From the NCBI GenBank assembly GCA_965637545.1, contig OZ281500.1, positions 22,320,001 through 22,384,000 of the forward strand: a DNA stretch of 64,000 nucleotides, given 5' to 3'. The notes under the pieces are model-generated. The model saw nothing but the letters and a program-made list of their open reading frames with translations. It had not been told where the DNA came from and did not search any database. Of this stretch, positions 42,801 through 54,505 are shown in pieces (within the stretch, counting starts at the first letter, position 1; each line of letters opens with the position of its first letter). This stretch comes from Phallusia mammillata (lineage: Eukaryota). Position numbers and translations under genes: made by a program.

Positions 42801-45800
42801 TCGCAATAACGTCTGTAATTTCGTTTCTGTGTGACGTCCACGTTTTACTAGTTTTTGAAAAAGTTTTGCCAAATATTTTTGACAGATGCAATATTAATGA
42901 TACAAAAAATCTGTTTACAGTATAATAAATAGAATCCTCAATATATGAACGGTTGTCAGTCCTGACTGAATATTAAAGTGAAATCACTTGGTGTTTAAAC
43001 TGTCAAATATGTTTCATAATTGATGCAGTTTATAGATTAATCTACAATCTTTCTCCTGCGAAAGCAATAAACCGTTTCAGATTTTTCACATAACGCCACC
43101 TTTAGCGTATAGAACACTGTTTCAAAACTCCATGCACTTCAATGCCAAAACAACTACATATTCCACGTTGTTAACCTTATTTTCCTATCCGTTTTTTGTT
43201 TGAAGTGCGTTTAAACCTGTCCATAATGGTAAACAAAACAGTTTTAACACAAAATAGCACAAACTGCTATGGAAATCATAAACTTGCTGACGTAACTTTA
43301 GCAATCAAAAACCGACTCAGGCGCAACCGTGCGAAGAGGATGACTCAGTGCGTCGATTTTCCAAAAAAACAACCTAACATTATCATCGGTTTTCAAATCT
43401 TCGCTATCTGGGTCAAAACGACTGCCCAGCAGTAACGTCGCATGCATGGAGTTTCACGTGAAACGACCTTTGCTTGCTCAAAGCGGCGTAAAATGTTCGG
43501 CTATAGATCAAAGCAAACTACTGGACCAAGTTTGGAACCGTTTCATTGTTGCTCTACTCTTACACAATGGTTTCCAACCCATTAACCTCAACGTCAACTT
43601 GATAAAATATTGTGGTAATTTATAATGTTTGGCCCACAATTTTTATTCATGAACGTTTGCGACAGTGTCACCAACGTTATGAGGCAAATTCTAATCTTCT
43701 CGGGGCAGATTTTTAAAGGCTGCCTTCTATTTCTTCTATCAAAAACTTTATCTTGTGAAACAAGAGAATTCACTTTACAACGCATAAGTTTTTACCACAT
43801 TACCTTTATAACGATTGAAACATGCCTCTAATTTATAATATCTGGCCCTGCAGAGGTTTTGCCCTGATACTGGGTTTGGTGTTTGCGGTAACAGAAGAAG
43901 AATCCGATTGGCTTTTGTTGCACGACATTCGGCAAATATCAATGCTACAGAAACTGGTAAGAAAAGGTTCACGGTTTAGGCGGCAAATATATCTGTGAAC
44001 AGTTTCTGAAACCACTACAAGTTAAACAAGAAGTTTGGAACGACAAAATTTTTTTTTATTTTTTTTTATTTTGTAAGCGACCTTCACATACACCTGTCGT
44101 TCATTTACTGTACACAGCAGCAAAATAACCCTCTCTTTATCTTTTAGACAAAAACTTTCAGTATCCCCAAACCTTGCGACCTATCATATTGGCCTAATCC
44201 TCAAACTATAACTTAGGTAGAAAGCCAAATGACAACGTAGGTTCAGAGTGCGTTCACTCTCTTTACGAACTGTCACCACAAATCTTAATTCATTTCATCA
44301 AAACCTTACATCCTCCAGCAAACAAGTCAAGCGTAATAAATCACCTGTTGCCTTCTTTCTTTTTTCTCTCGATTTTAAAAAATGGGCTGCTTTCGTAAGT
44401 GTGCACGATTTTCAGTAACTGTGACTGGAATATACTTGGTGACGTCATTTTACGAATAAAGCGGGTTTGGGAACGAGCTTTGTTAACCTAACCGAAACGA
44501 ACATTGCAAAGTTTGCCAAAAAATCAGCTAACTAAGATAAACAAGGTATAGATAATGCTGTTTTTGCGACGAATTGTATTCATATAATTTATGTAGCAGG
44601 AAAACATATAATTTACATAGAAAATTTATATAACAGTAAATGAACACAAATGTAGAAAATACATTTATTGCGAAGTTATTTTCCGACCTTGTAGATTTCT
44701 CTTTCATAGCACAATTCTAAATATCGTTGTGTGCAAAATATATGCCCGTGTTTAAACTGTTAACTCAGTATAAAAACGTTATTTTTTATTATTGTTCCGA
44801 CGAACCCCGTTCACCCCGTTATTGTCTGATCGCGAACAAAACAAAGCGAGTAAATTCAATTTTACTTGAACACAATGTTTTGAAGTCACCACCAGACTAG
44901 GGATCAACAAGGCGAAATCGAACTAAATAATACTTGACATTCTAATGCAGACAAAAATATCAAATTCGACTTTATCTAAATATACAGCTTTCTACACCCG
45001 GTTTAATACACCCAAAAGCAAGACTATTCCACTAAATATATATATATATATATTTCAGTCAAATAAATGCTCAAAAATGTCAAATCTATAACGCCTTAAA
45101 AATATATTTTCCATCAATATATATTCTCTACATCCGGTTTAATACACACACAGGCAAAAACAATCCTTTCTAAAATAAGTGGTTTCGTCAACCGATCGAA
45201 ACATTTTAATTTTTCCAAGATGAACTATGCATCTACATGCAGAATACAAAATTACATTTTAACCATAATTGCATAACTGACAGGTGTTTGGCTTTGACTT
45301 GTGCTATTTTTGTGCAAAAACCAATCAACAACCTGATTTGATGGTGTTTACAAACATTTATGTAACGTTTGATAAAGCCTTTTACATAAGAAACCTTTTC
45401 TGAATGCATTTCAGTCACTTTATCAATGCTAAATGATAAATGACTTGCCAAAGCCGCGGCAAGGACAATTATTTCCCTGTCCCTTCTCGACAAGATACTC
45501 AACCTCCCTATACTGTGTCGGCTTGCGAGTTGCTTTAGCTTAGGAGGGAAGCATTAATTATGCAGCAGGACTCTAAACACTCCCACTGCCTTCAAACTTT
45601 TAGCGTGTCAAAGTGGCGTTGCTTACCTTGGCAACCTCACAAAATATAGGGCTTGTGGCGATAGAGCCATTTGACTGCCTTGCTTGGGATGTAATTTGAT
45701 GATTTGATAAGTAACCAAAACGGGTTTAAAGATGCACTTTCTGGATGGAACAAAATATGGTTTGGTGAATTTAATTAAAAATGACATGCTATGCTGCTTA

Positions 45801-48800
45801 CGTGAGACCAATTCTGTTGTTAAAAAGTAACGTTTTGTAGTAAACTTAATCTGTAAAAAGAATTATATGGCTGACCGGCCACTGTGGAAAATTTGTTTCA
45901 GGTAGTACGTTTTCATTTCTTGACCCACGTTTGTTTGCAAGTAGAATCGCTTGCAAAGGCAAATGCCCACACTATTGTTGTTTGGTGGAACTTAAACTTC
46001 AAGATAGGCCAATTAGAACAAAATCAATCCTGATTGCGAAAGTTTATTGTTTGAAATATTTATATTCCGGGAAAAACTGAATTCCGGAAACACGGGTTGT
46101 ACCTTGGACTCGGGTCAATTCTCAATGCTGGCAATCAAAGGCAATGATGCAATGGAGACCTGGACTGGAATTGTTTGCGGTTTTTGATGGAGAAGTAAAC
46201 GACCGACCTAGTTTCCTAGCCAAAAATACAGTCCTGCCACAAGGCAATCCAATTCCTCAATTAAAAATGCCATCACCAAAACCAAAGCCCACAAACGAAT
46301 CATTAATTGCTAGAAGTAGTTGTTTTCTCGGACCAAAATGGCCTTATCTCGAGTCTACAATGTCAAGCTTGTAAGACAATGTACAGCTTCCACATTTAAG
46401 TGACCCTTTGTGACGTCATGAATCTTCATTGTGAAACAATCGATTGATTTGCATGACAAGTTAGTGGTGGCGTTTGCCTTTTTCTTTTTTCTCTCGCGTG
46501 AGACTGAAATGAGAGAGTATGGCAGAGAGTCGATAATTTTCTCCTTCTCACACGCGATGCACGCTATCGAGTGAAATAGGATAGGACGAATATTGGGGAT
46601 TGGGTTAAAAGCCGTGCGGGAGACGAAACAAAAACCTAACCCGGTGATATATGATGCCAGATATCGACATACTGTGGTTTGTAAAGGGAAAGAGGCCTGC
46701 AGCAATGAGCTTATGCACAACACGCTTTTTGTATGCACTGTTTTTGAACATACAAGAACATTTGCAACAAACTTTCTCGTTGTTTTCTTCCGTTTTCAAA
46801 TCACCGATGCCTGTCATTGTTTCTCGTACAGGGCATTTGACAATTATTGCGGAATTGGTCTTCCGAATTCCGAACAGTTGGTATCCCATTAAAATGTGTT
46901 ACAATTTTGTGAGGTCATTGGTTCAAATCTTAACTCACCTGGTTGTGCAAGTTTTTGACGAAAAGTCTTATCTGACCAGAAAATAAAGATGATCATAGAA
47001 AAACAATAAATTGTATAGTAGTTTACAAACTATTTGGTAGCTTTACCTACAATGATTTTTTTTTGCTGGAAACAATTAATTGGTAATGGACACAGTCTAA
47101 AAATATGCTTGGATAAAAACTGTTAATTATGCGTTTGTTGAAAACTTGCAAATGTGTAATCCATCATATGCTAGTTCTCTAGCAGTTGTGTTTCTTTTTT
47201 CTGTGCAGTGCAGTGCATGCCATTTGGCCAAGAAAGGGTGCTTTAAACTTTTTTTAGAGTTACAAACCTGACAATTAGTTACCAGAAGTAATTTCTCTTA
47301 AAGTTTGACCATGAGTGACCCAGCGGTTCACCCACCGCCCTTTAAACGTTTAGGATAACAATTGTATGCTGGTTTAATCATCAAGATTACTTGTATTACA
47401 GGTGTACAAGCAGGCTGCACTGATTGACGATGAAGATGTTCGTGACCCTCGTGCGCACTCTCGTGGACGAACATCGTCACTTTACAATCTTGGATGCTTA
47501 TTGGCTGACGAAGGACGTCACGTGGAAGCTGTTTCAGCCTATCAGAGAGCACTAAAGATGCGACCAATTGGATATCAAACTCATAGTCTTCTGAATATGT
47601 TGGGTGGGTTTGAAAATAATTATCCGGCGTCTTGACAATGTTGGAATATTTTTTTTCTTAATTACAATTTTACTATTTTAAACTCTGATCCGCTGATATT
47701 TCTGGAAAAAAATAACATAGAACAAAGCATGAATTTATGACGACACAAAAAATATACTTAAAAATATTGTTTCAATTTTATGAACACATTTAGTCATTCA
47801 TACTATGAATTTAAGACATATATGTATTTCACCTTCACAGCATCATCGGTATCGTATTCAAATAGAATAATTCTTAAAAATAAAACAGTTAAAATATGCG
47901 TATAAGCTTACTTCTTCCTCCTGTGTGAAAGTCTGTTTGCTTAATTTTAAAACATCTGCAATGTAATAACAGTTTTACTGAAAATTAAACAGTTTTTTGC
48001 TACGATTTTCGTAGGCCAATCTTTTTTCCACTTGGGCCGTTACGAAGAAGCCGAGCTCACTTTTGACCAATCACTGTCCGCTAAACCTGATCACGTGCTT
48101 ACACATCTGACGTACGCGCGACTTCTGAACCACGTGGGCCGTTTCGACCAATCAGAGCGTCTCTACAAGGCCGCATTAGATTTGGACCCTGATCATCTTT
48201 CGACGTATCAACATTACGGTGAGTTTTAACAAAAGTCTAGATCGAAAACGGTTGCTTGATTCGACCAGGTTATTGCAGTGACATTTGCGTGACAATTTAG
48301 GCATATTAAACATTGAAAAGGTATGAATTAAGACGTTAAAAGTTTTTTCGAGGAACAAGGTTAAGCCAGAAACTTAGCTAATAGAGTGGGATTCGAACCT
48401 ACGACCAGAACCTTACAGCAACGTTATGCGACATGCTTAAATCCCTGGCTTTTATCGCCAAAACGATTCCAGCAAGCCTGATTTACTCGGATTTGTTTAT
48501 GTTTGTGCCTTAACCGTTGTTTATCACCAGTTGATTAGTTTCCAGTGACAAAATTGCTTTCTCGTATAACTTAGTTGCCCAATTACATGCTTACGTTGAA
48601 AAGTTGGAATTAAGTACAATTTGTTGCGAACGACTACATAGGTTCTACCTAAAGAGACATTTCCACGCCTAATATGAAACTTTCTTCTTTTCATCAACGT
48701 ATGACGTCTAATACAACAACTAAGAATATCGCAAACACGACTATTAAATGTGTTTAATTATTGCAGGCAACTTTCTTACCGCGAGGGGTCGCCACGGAGA

Positions 48801-49547
48801 TGCAGCTAGATTGATGACGCAAGCGGTTGCCTCTTCTCATGGATCACGTGATTACGAAGTTGTGATGAACGCAGCCAACGCCTACAGACAAGCGAAGTCT
48901 TATTCCGAGGCAGAAAAGTATTACAGAATGGCAACACAGATTTCACCCCAGGTAAAAGATTATTTTTGTACTTGGCGAGTCACTGATGGCATCGATGATG
49001 GTACAAGGTTATTGTTGTTTGGCACGTTATTATTTTTTATATTGGGATATTAAGCAATTGCTGACTGTGGGTTTTTTTCACATTTTCATTAAGAGACAAA
49101 GAGATTTGGGGAGTTTCTTAATTCAATTAGTACACTAGTAGCTTGAGATACAACGCGACATAGGCCGAAACGATTTTTGTTGGTAAAATTGCAAAAAATC
49201 CTTAAAAGCTGGTATATTCTAGTTTAAAGCTACCATGGTGAAATACAGAAATAAATAAATTTCATTCTGCCGATTTGTCAATGGATAAAAAGCACTTTTC
49301 GATTTAACTTCATACCAAAATTGATTCCAACTTAGCCATATTAAAATGAATAAACATAACTTATTTGTCATTTTTTCAGTTTGCATCAGCTCACATGAAT
49401 CTCGGCGCGATTCTGCACTTGCGCGGTAAATATACGGAAGCCAAGTCGAGTTACGTCACGGCACTGTCAATCAAGCCCGATGACGTCATGATCAAGGAAA
49501 ATCTCGGAAAATTGGAGAAAATAATGAAAAATCAGGACAAACAATAA
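3865..49547 (+). CDS. TMTC2: Protein O-mannosyltransferase TMTC2 (GT-C membrane domain + DUF1736 + TPR repeats), 15 exons
   Basis: Exons: 3865-3959, 14338-14475, 14745-14884, 15041-15133, 15370-15635, 16180-16569, 20127-20652, 20962 (or 20977)-21175, 22101-22208, 23032-23175, 25948-26095, 47402-47603, 48015-48218, 48767-48951, 49380-49547. All are GT-AG and in frame. Family motifs: YDD-NRAI, DFWG..LSHSGSH.SYRPL, HPIHTEAVAGIVGRAD, DNPAA, SFDWSMG, SNLFFYVGFVIAERVLYLPS. The segments VNPAKAWANLGNV, RPNMADVHYNLG and MNLGAILHL match recalled TMTC2 better than other TMTCs. Confidence 0.92.
6659..6976. mobile_element. hAT-type MITE, 318 bp
   Basis: 16-bp TIR CAGGGGTGGGCAACCT / AGGTTGCCCACCCCTG; perfect 8-bp TSD TTTTAGGC (6651-6658, 6977-6984). 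Confidence 0.92.
7304..7731. mobile_element. hAT-type MITE, 428 bp, with CCGAA/TTCGG subterminal repeats
   Basis: 15-bp TIR TAGTGATGCACCGAA / TTCGGTGCATCACTA; perfect 8-bp TSD ATTAAAAC (7296-7303, 7732-7739). Confidence 0.92.
9972..10176. mobile_element. hAT-type MITE, 205 bp
   Basis: TIR CAGAGTTATAAGG / CCTTACAACTCTA (11/13 match); 8-bp TSD AACAGAGC (9964-9971, 10177-10184); internal CCGAACCCG repeats. Confidence 0.8.
16801..16926 (-). mobile_element. 3' fragment of the tRNA-containing dispersed repeat, with a (TA)n expansion in its tail
   Basis: The reverse complement aligns to 59045-59160 (TTCGGTATA.CGCCTTCAAT...GCTGGTCTGCAT...CTTCAGG.CTGATCCCAGT...TATGTTCA). Confidence 0.8.
21286..21476. 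mobile_element. Truncated hAT-type MITE (left end only)
   Basis: Starts CAGCAGTTCTCAAACTG, a hAT-MITE-like TIR, directly after CTGTAGGC. No matching right TIR before the next element. Confidence 0.55.
21485..21934. mobile_element. hAT-type MITE, 450 bp
   Basis: TIR CAGTGGTTTCCAACC / GGTTGGGAAACACTG; perfect 8-bp TSD CTGTAGGT (21477-21484, 21935-21942). Confidence 0.88.
27423..37951 (-). CDS. Class A (rhodopsin-like) GPCR, NRY-type (Tre1/Moody/GPR84/melatonin-receptor-like), ~968 aa, 8 exons, nested in TMTC2 intron 11
   Basis: Exons: 37951-37745 (TM1-2, GNSVTI...NLCIVDL), 37271-37108 (TM3, LC...IAFNRY), 34439-34348 (TM4, VWISAPILYMP), 31821-31677 (ECL2 Cys + TM5), 30962-30679, 30299-30171, 29687-28820 (ICL3), 28440-27423 (ICL3 end, TM6 FAICVLP, TM7 NPILY, helix 8). 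All are GT-AG with matching phases; total 2907 nt. Confidence 0.92.
29842..30062 (+). mobile_element. Near-full copy of the tRNA-containing (SINE-like) repeat
   Basis: A-box TAGCTTAGTTGG and B-box GGTTCGAATCC; the body aligns with 58921-59160 and ends at the same GCTGATCCCAGTTATGAATTTATGTTCA tail. Confidence 0.85.
34507..34566 (+). repeat. Internal fragment of the tRNA-containing repeat family
   Basis: GTGACCGACTGATTCGGTAT...TGGCGTA.T.TGATTTA aligns to 59035-59090. Confidence 0.6.
37495..37718. mobile_element. Two adjacent hAT-MITE right-end remnants
   Basis: Segments ending CCAGTTTGTGAACCCCTG (~37553) and CCAGTTTGGAAACCACTG (~37718) resemble the TIRs of the intact MITEs. No left ends or TSDs found. 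Confidence 0.4.
41032..41077. repeat. Tandem duplication, 24-bp unit
   Basis: CTAAAAGCCCACTTATTGTTTG occurs twice, 24 bp apart. Confidence 0.8.
41625..41677. repeat. Tandem duplication, 30-bp unit
   Basis: CCATGCGTTTTATTTTCTGCATT occurs twice, 30 bp apart. Confidence 0.8.
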
Positions 49548-50174
49548 AAAGAAATATTGTCGCTTTCTGCTTGTCAGATGGAAAAAGAAATTTGGTGAAC
49601 TTCTCGTGGTCGAGAGCCACGGTGGAAGAATCAAGCGATTCTTATGTGATTAATGGGGGAATGAAATAAGAAAAGTGTGATTTCTTGAGATTTGTGTCGA
49701 AACCAAACGTTTTGTTGCGAAAACTTGCTTCAAGAGACCAATAACAAAGAAAGATTATCAAAAATGGAATTGGCATAATGGAATTGGAACTCATATACTT
49801 CAAAATAACAGGCTTTCTCACATATTCTGTCAACCAACATATTATGATTCATTCAGCCTCTAAACTTCTAAGTTTTGCGTTAAAGGTTTTTCTTTGAGAA
49901 GCCCATTGTCACTGTTAAAAATGCAGTTCTATTTCTTCACTACATTGTTTTGATTTTTTGCGTATTTTGTTGTATTTTAAATTCCAATTAAATGTATTGT
50001 TTCGATTTTTTAAGATGTGCTTTATAATCTTTGCGTGAGTCTGTTTTGTTTTTGGCACGAATTATTACTGTGCAATAAATCATACGTACTGGACATACTT
50101 CCTCTGATATGAAGTCATTAAAAGCCTTTACGAAGTAACTGGAATCCTAAACAATTAAATAGGGTCGTTGTCAG

Positions 50175-50390
50175 CAGGGAGTCGAACCGCTTGTCATATG
50201 GGTTCAGGTTCGGTTCGGGTTCACTTGGTTTTGTTTTTAAGGGTTCCGGTTCCGGTTCGGGCCCAACACCAAACAAAATATGGGGTTCAACTCCGGTTCG
50301 GGTTTTTAGAAAATCGTAATTAGCGGTTCGGGTTTAAAGAAATTAACCGCTCAAATCGGTTCGCGGGTTCGGTTCCGGTTCAACACCCTG
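50175..50390. mobile_element. hAT-type MITE, 216 bp, rich in GGTTC subterminal repeats
   Basis: TIR CAGGGAGTCGAACCG / CGGTTCAACACCCTG (13/15); perfect 8-bp TSD GTTGTCAG (50167-50174, 50391-50398). Confidence 0.88.
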
Positions 50391-51448
50391 GTTGTCAGCG
50401 ACAAAAACCGTTTTTACAACTTACAAAATGAGCCGGTAATGCAGTTAGTTTGGGGCTTTTCGGGGGGGAATTCCCGGACTGACGAAAATCAAACCCTGGA
50501 TTTCAGACTTTTTCCAAAACCAAAAGTCCTTGCCTTCTACAAAATGCGCAGGAATATTTTTTTCCTGTCAAACTCGGTCCCAACCTATATCAACTGACGT
50601 GCATCGAGTGCGTTTGCAGTGCCACCAGAATTAAACGAGTTTTAGAAGGTACAGTAAAACTTCGGTTCATTTAATCAGTGTGCTTTTCTGTAAAAGTTTA
50701 ACAAAAAAGCAGTGTAAAAATTTTTGCCACATTTTACACAAATTAAAATCACTGAGGCAAATAACAGTACAGTAACAGTCTTCTGAACAAGTCATTATGG
50801 TTGAGTAAATAAAGATGAAAGAAAGCAGCCTTGTATTGGTGTCAAATCAGCTCTTCGTTTAACATGGTTTGGTGGTTTGAAATAAATAAAGTGTATTCTG
50901 CATCAGGGCATTTAACTTCTTACATGGCCTAGATTCATGTTTGACAGTTTTGCAAAATAAAGATTGATACTTTGCGGTTCATGTCCAGCTGTGAAATTGG
51001 GCAGATTTAGTGAGGCATAGTTTTTCAGGCTGTTAATCCCGACTGTAGTGGTATAATCTGGCTACACGAACTTTTGCATCCAATGTCTTGTTATCAGCTG
51101 CACTGATGAGTTCCTTTTTAAGCAGCCATCAAAACCTAGACATCATTTTCTATGGTCAAATATTATGTTTGTAGAGCATTGTAGAAAGTACCATAGATAA
51201 AAACACAAAACTTACAAAACTTTTTTTAGTGCTTGGGGCAAATGCGATGAGTAATATAGGTTTCTTCAAATCGTAACAAAGTAGTAATATTGTTTTTTTT
51301 TTCAAATTGCAACAAAGGTTTGCAATTGCTTTGCAAATTTTTTTATGTTTTTACAGTAAGATGAAGTGCTTTAATGTTTCCATTACATCTATACCTTTCT
51401 TTATTATTGATTACCCAATAACTGGTCGATGAATTGGTGGCCAATGCT

Positions 51449-51465
51449 TGACCTTTCATTGACCT
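51449..51465 (-). promoter_or_regulatory. Perfect DR5 nuclear-receptor element (RARE consensus)
   Basis: TGACCT-TTCAT-TGACCT, i.e. AGGTCA n5 AGGTCA on the minus strand, in non-coding DNA between the TMTC2 and UFM1 stop codons. Confidence 0.4.
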
Positions 51466-52273
51466 GTCACGCAACTAGACTCTTTTGTGTGTTGCTTCTC
51501 TTTCTTTTAAAAGTGTGATAAATAAATGATTGATTAATTTAATTAAAATTTTTAACCCCACCTTTGTATGTATTTGAGGGTAATGACAAACTTGTTTTTA
51601 ACCATTGTAATTGCTTTGTCAGCTAGAAGATATGATGCTCTATAAACGGAAGTCAATGGGAATTCATATTAAGCATATTATTTAAGTAACTCTTGTTTGG
51701 CAATGTGCACCATAGTGATAAAAGTGGAAGTTTGATGCTCACTGTAGCAGAGTCAACTAAATAACTGACATAAAAATTTACCAGACATAAAGTTTGGTCA
51801 ACGTTGTTTATTCATGTTCTGGTGCAACATCAAATACACACACCTAAGTCTCTGGATCCCCACACAGAAAATGCAACTATTAAGTCATTGTGGCAAAATT
51901 CAAATTCTGGGCATTTCCAACAAAGGCAAGTAAGCTAAAAGTAGTTTTTGTTTGTGCAGTAGAAATTCAAAAAAACATAGTTGTATCTGCACCAACACAA
52001 ACTCATGGATTTTGTATGATATCAAACAGCCAAAAATTTAGGCTGTATGTTTGCAACTTGCATGTCATTCTTAAATAAAGAGAAAAATATTTCAAAAACA
52101 TATTTCTTGCAATGTTTGAGTATTATTTGTGTGCTTATAGTGGTTTTAAAACATAAATACTTAAATAACTTTTACAACATTGAATTTTAATGAACCCAAT
52201 ATTGCACAAATTTGCCACAATAATAAAGCTTCACCAAAAACAAATAAAATACATAAAAATGATTTCACTAATA

Positions 52274-53319
52274 TCAAAGAAATCCAACCCTATCTCTAGG
52301 AATCAGTCGTAGTTCTGATCCATGTTTTAAGAAAACGTTGCCAGCGTTTTGTGCAGGGTTGATTCCAATACCATCTGAAACAGGAAAACAAAACTGCTAA
52401 ATTGTTTGTTTGTTTGTTTGTTGGTCCTTTATCTTAGCAACTAGATTGGAAAAATAAAAGTATGACTCCTAAGATAGTGGAGACAAAGTTTTTTTATTGC
52501 AGGCGAAAAGTTGACATATTTTTGGCGATTTAGATTTTGGGCCAATTTTTCAAAGGGTGGACAAAATACTTAATGAGTGGTGTCGAATTTTTTTTAACCA
52601 ACTCCACAACCATTCCTTAAACCTGTTTTGGTTGAAGATATGATACACTAAGTTTACAGTTAACACACTTAATGGCAACCAACCATTTGTTATGATGGCA
52701 CTTGTTGCTGGTGGAACCTGAAACTGCTCAGCAGCGAATTTTAAAACTGCTGTGAAGGGGGTTGTCTCAGGAACAGATAGTCTACAAATAAATTAGTATG
52801 TTATCAACCAAATGTTATGAATGTCATATCAAATTTTAAGTCTAAACTCTACATTTTTGCAATTTTAATTTTATTCAGTTATTGCTCTGAATCAAACAAA
52901 AATATTTCATTTTTACCCAAAACAACTTGTTAAAAATGGTTTAGTATATATTGGTTAACAAACAGCAGAAACAAAGCTTATATTTTAAGCAAATGTAATC
53001 CCTTGGGTTGAGTCAGTTCCTGAAATTTTGGTCTTGACCAATGTTAATCGACAAGGTACAATGCAGAATTTCTCCATCTTAGTTGACTAAAATACCCAAA
53101 CAGATATACTCACACTTTAAATGGCAACTTGGGATCTGACGTCAAAATGATTTTAAATGTGACCTTTGACCTGTAAAGCAACGAAACCTGGTTAGTTTGG
53201 ACTCCAGAGAAAGACCTAAAACCCAAAGTTTGAAAAATGTCCAAGTAATTTTGATCATTGTTGGTTAGTGTTCACAGTTTAAATAGTTTTCTAGAGACGA
53301 TTAAAAAGAATACTTACAT
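52274..53319 (-). CDS. UFM1: Ubiquitin-fold modifier 1, 85 aa, 4 coding exons
   Basis: Exons 53319-53318 (AT of the ATG), 53170-53114, 52781-52684 and 52374-52274 give [85 protein letters not shown], close to the recalled human UFM1 sequence. Confidence 0.97.
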
Positions 53320-53800
53320 GTTTACAGATTTCCAATAATCCTGTAGAAAAGCCTAAAAACTTTACAATTCATACACACTAGTTAACAAACAGCTGTTCGC
53401 TCAAGAAGTAGATAACTGTAAAATGTCGGGATGACGTCACCAACACAAACGCACGTTACAGCTTTAATCCAGACCAGTGTGGATGAAGAATTTCACCAAA
53501 TATTGTACGCGTTTGTTGTTTTTTGCTATCTTTAAAGGGTTGTATTTTAAAGTAGGTGTACTTGTAAACAATATCCTTACAAGGCAAGAAAATCAAATAT
53601 CTTGTCCTCAAACTGTGTTTTCTGTTGTGCAACAAAATTACAAAATAGGTCAGACTGGAACATTGAAACATTTAGGAAAAGACTTTCCGACTAAAAACTT
53701 TGCGATTGTCAGCCAAAATAAATGTGTATGTGTTTATTTTAATATGTTGGTTCGGATGTCTGGTTCCAAGCAGTTTTGCGAGAGAATGTCAAAAACGTTT
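53320..53800. promoter_or_regulatory. Probable bidirectional promoter for UFM1 and the WD40 gene
   Basis: Head-to-head gene arrangement; CRE palindrome TGACGTCA at 53432-53439; likely non-coding first exon of the WD gene ending at donor 53923/GTAAGT. Confidence 0.45.
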
Positions 53801-54505
53801 TCTGCCATCTACCGGTTATAACGCTGGAAACAAGAGACGCTACTTTGTTCAGGGAGTTTGTTTTCATCTCTCTCTCCTTCCTTCAAACGTAAACTGCGGC
53901 GTTTTGAATGCCAAAAAGCAAATGTAAGTAACAGGATGAGTATTAAAAAGTCTGATTGTAACCAGACTATTTTCAAAAATTCTATGTTTGTAGTATTTGA
54001 CTTGCTAACTACATAAAACTGTTTTGTTATATTTTGCAACATTAAACTGGTTTTAAAAAGTATTAGGCATTTTTTTAATAGGGTGTTAAACTATTGTGAT
54101 GTCATTTCGTAAGCTATAATTCATATGTTTTGTTACACTTTCTGACATTGGTTGTACTGTCACACTATAAGTAAAACAGCGGAAACAAAATAAGTGTTAA
54201 AAGTTTTTTATTATTAACGCAAACCCATTTGATGTGGTATTTTGCATGTGCATTCAATGCAGCAAAAAGCTTTACTTAAAAAACATGTGGTAAAGCCAGC
54301 AATGAGTTTCTTAAATGGATACCCATTTTATGTCAGTTGTGTGAGAGTAACAATAAAAAGTTTGTTAAATACAGTCACAAAATGTTTTCATATTCAAAGT
54401 TTTGCAATTGGTTGTTTTGACATTGTTTCTAAAATGTTTCTTTGACAGATGCCTGCAATTGCTCAATAGCACACAAAACTGACAAAGAAATCATTCATCG
54501 AAATC

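Noticed and set aside
51103-51109. CTGATGA as a hammerhead core or C box
   Set aside because: No stem II plus GAAA follows, and there is no suitable D box or terminal stem.
53160-53172. Perfect DR1 element TGACCT-T-TGACCT
   Set aside because: It overlaps the UFM1 exon 2 acceptor and the codons for S-K-V, so coding and splice constraints explain it.
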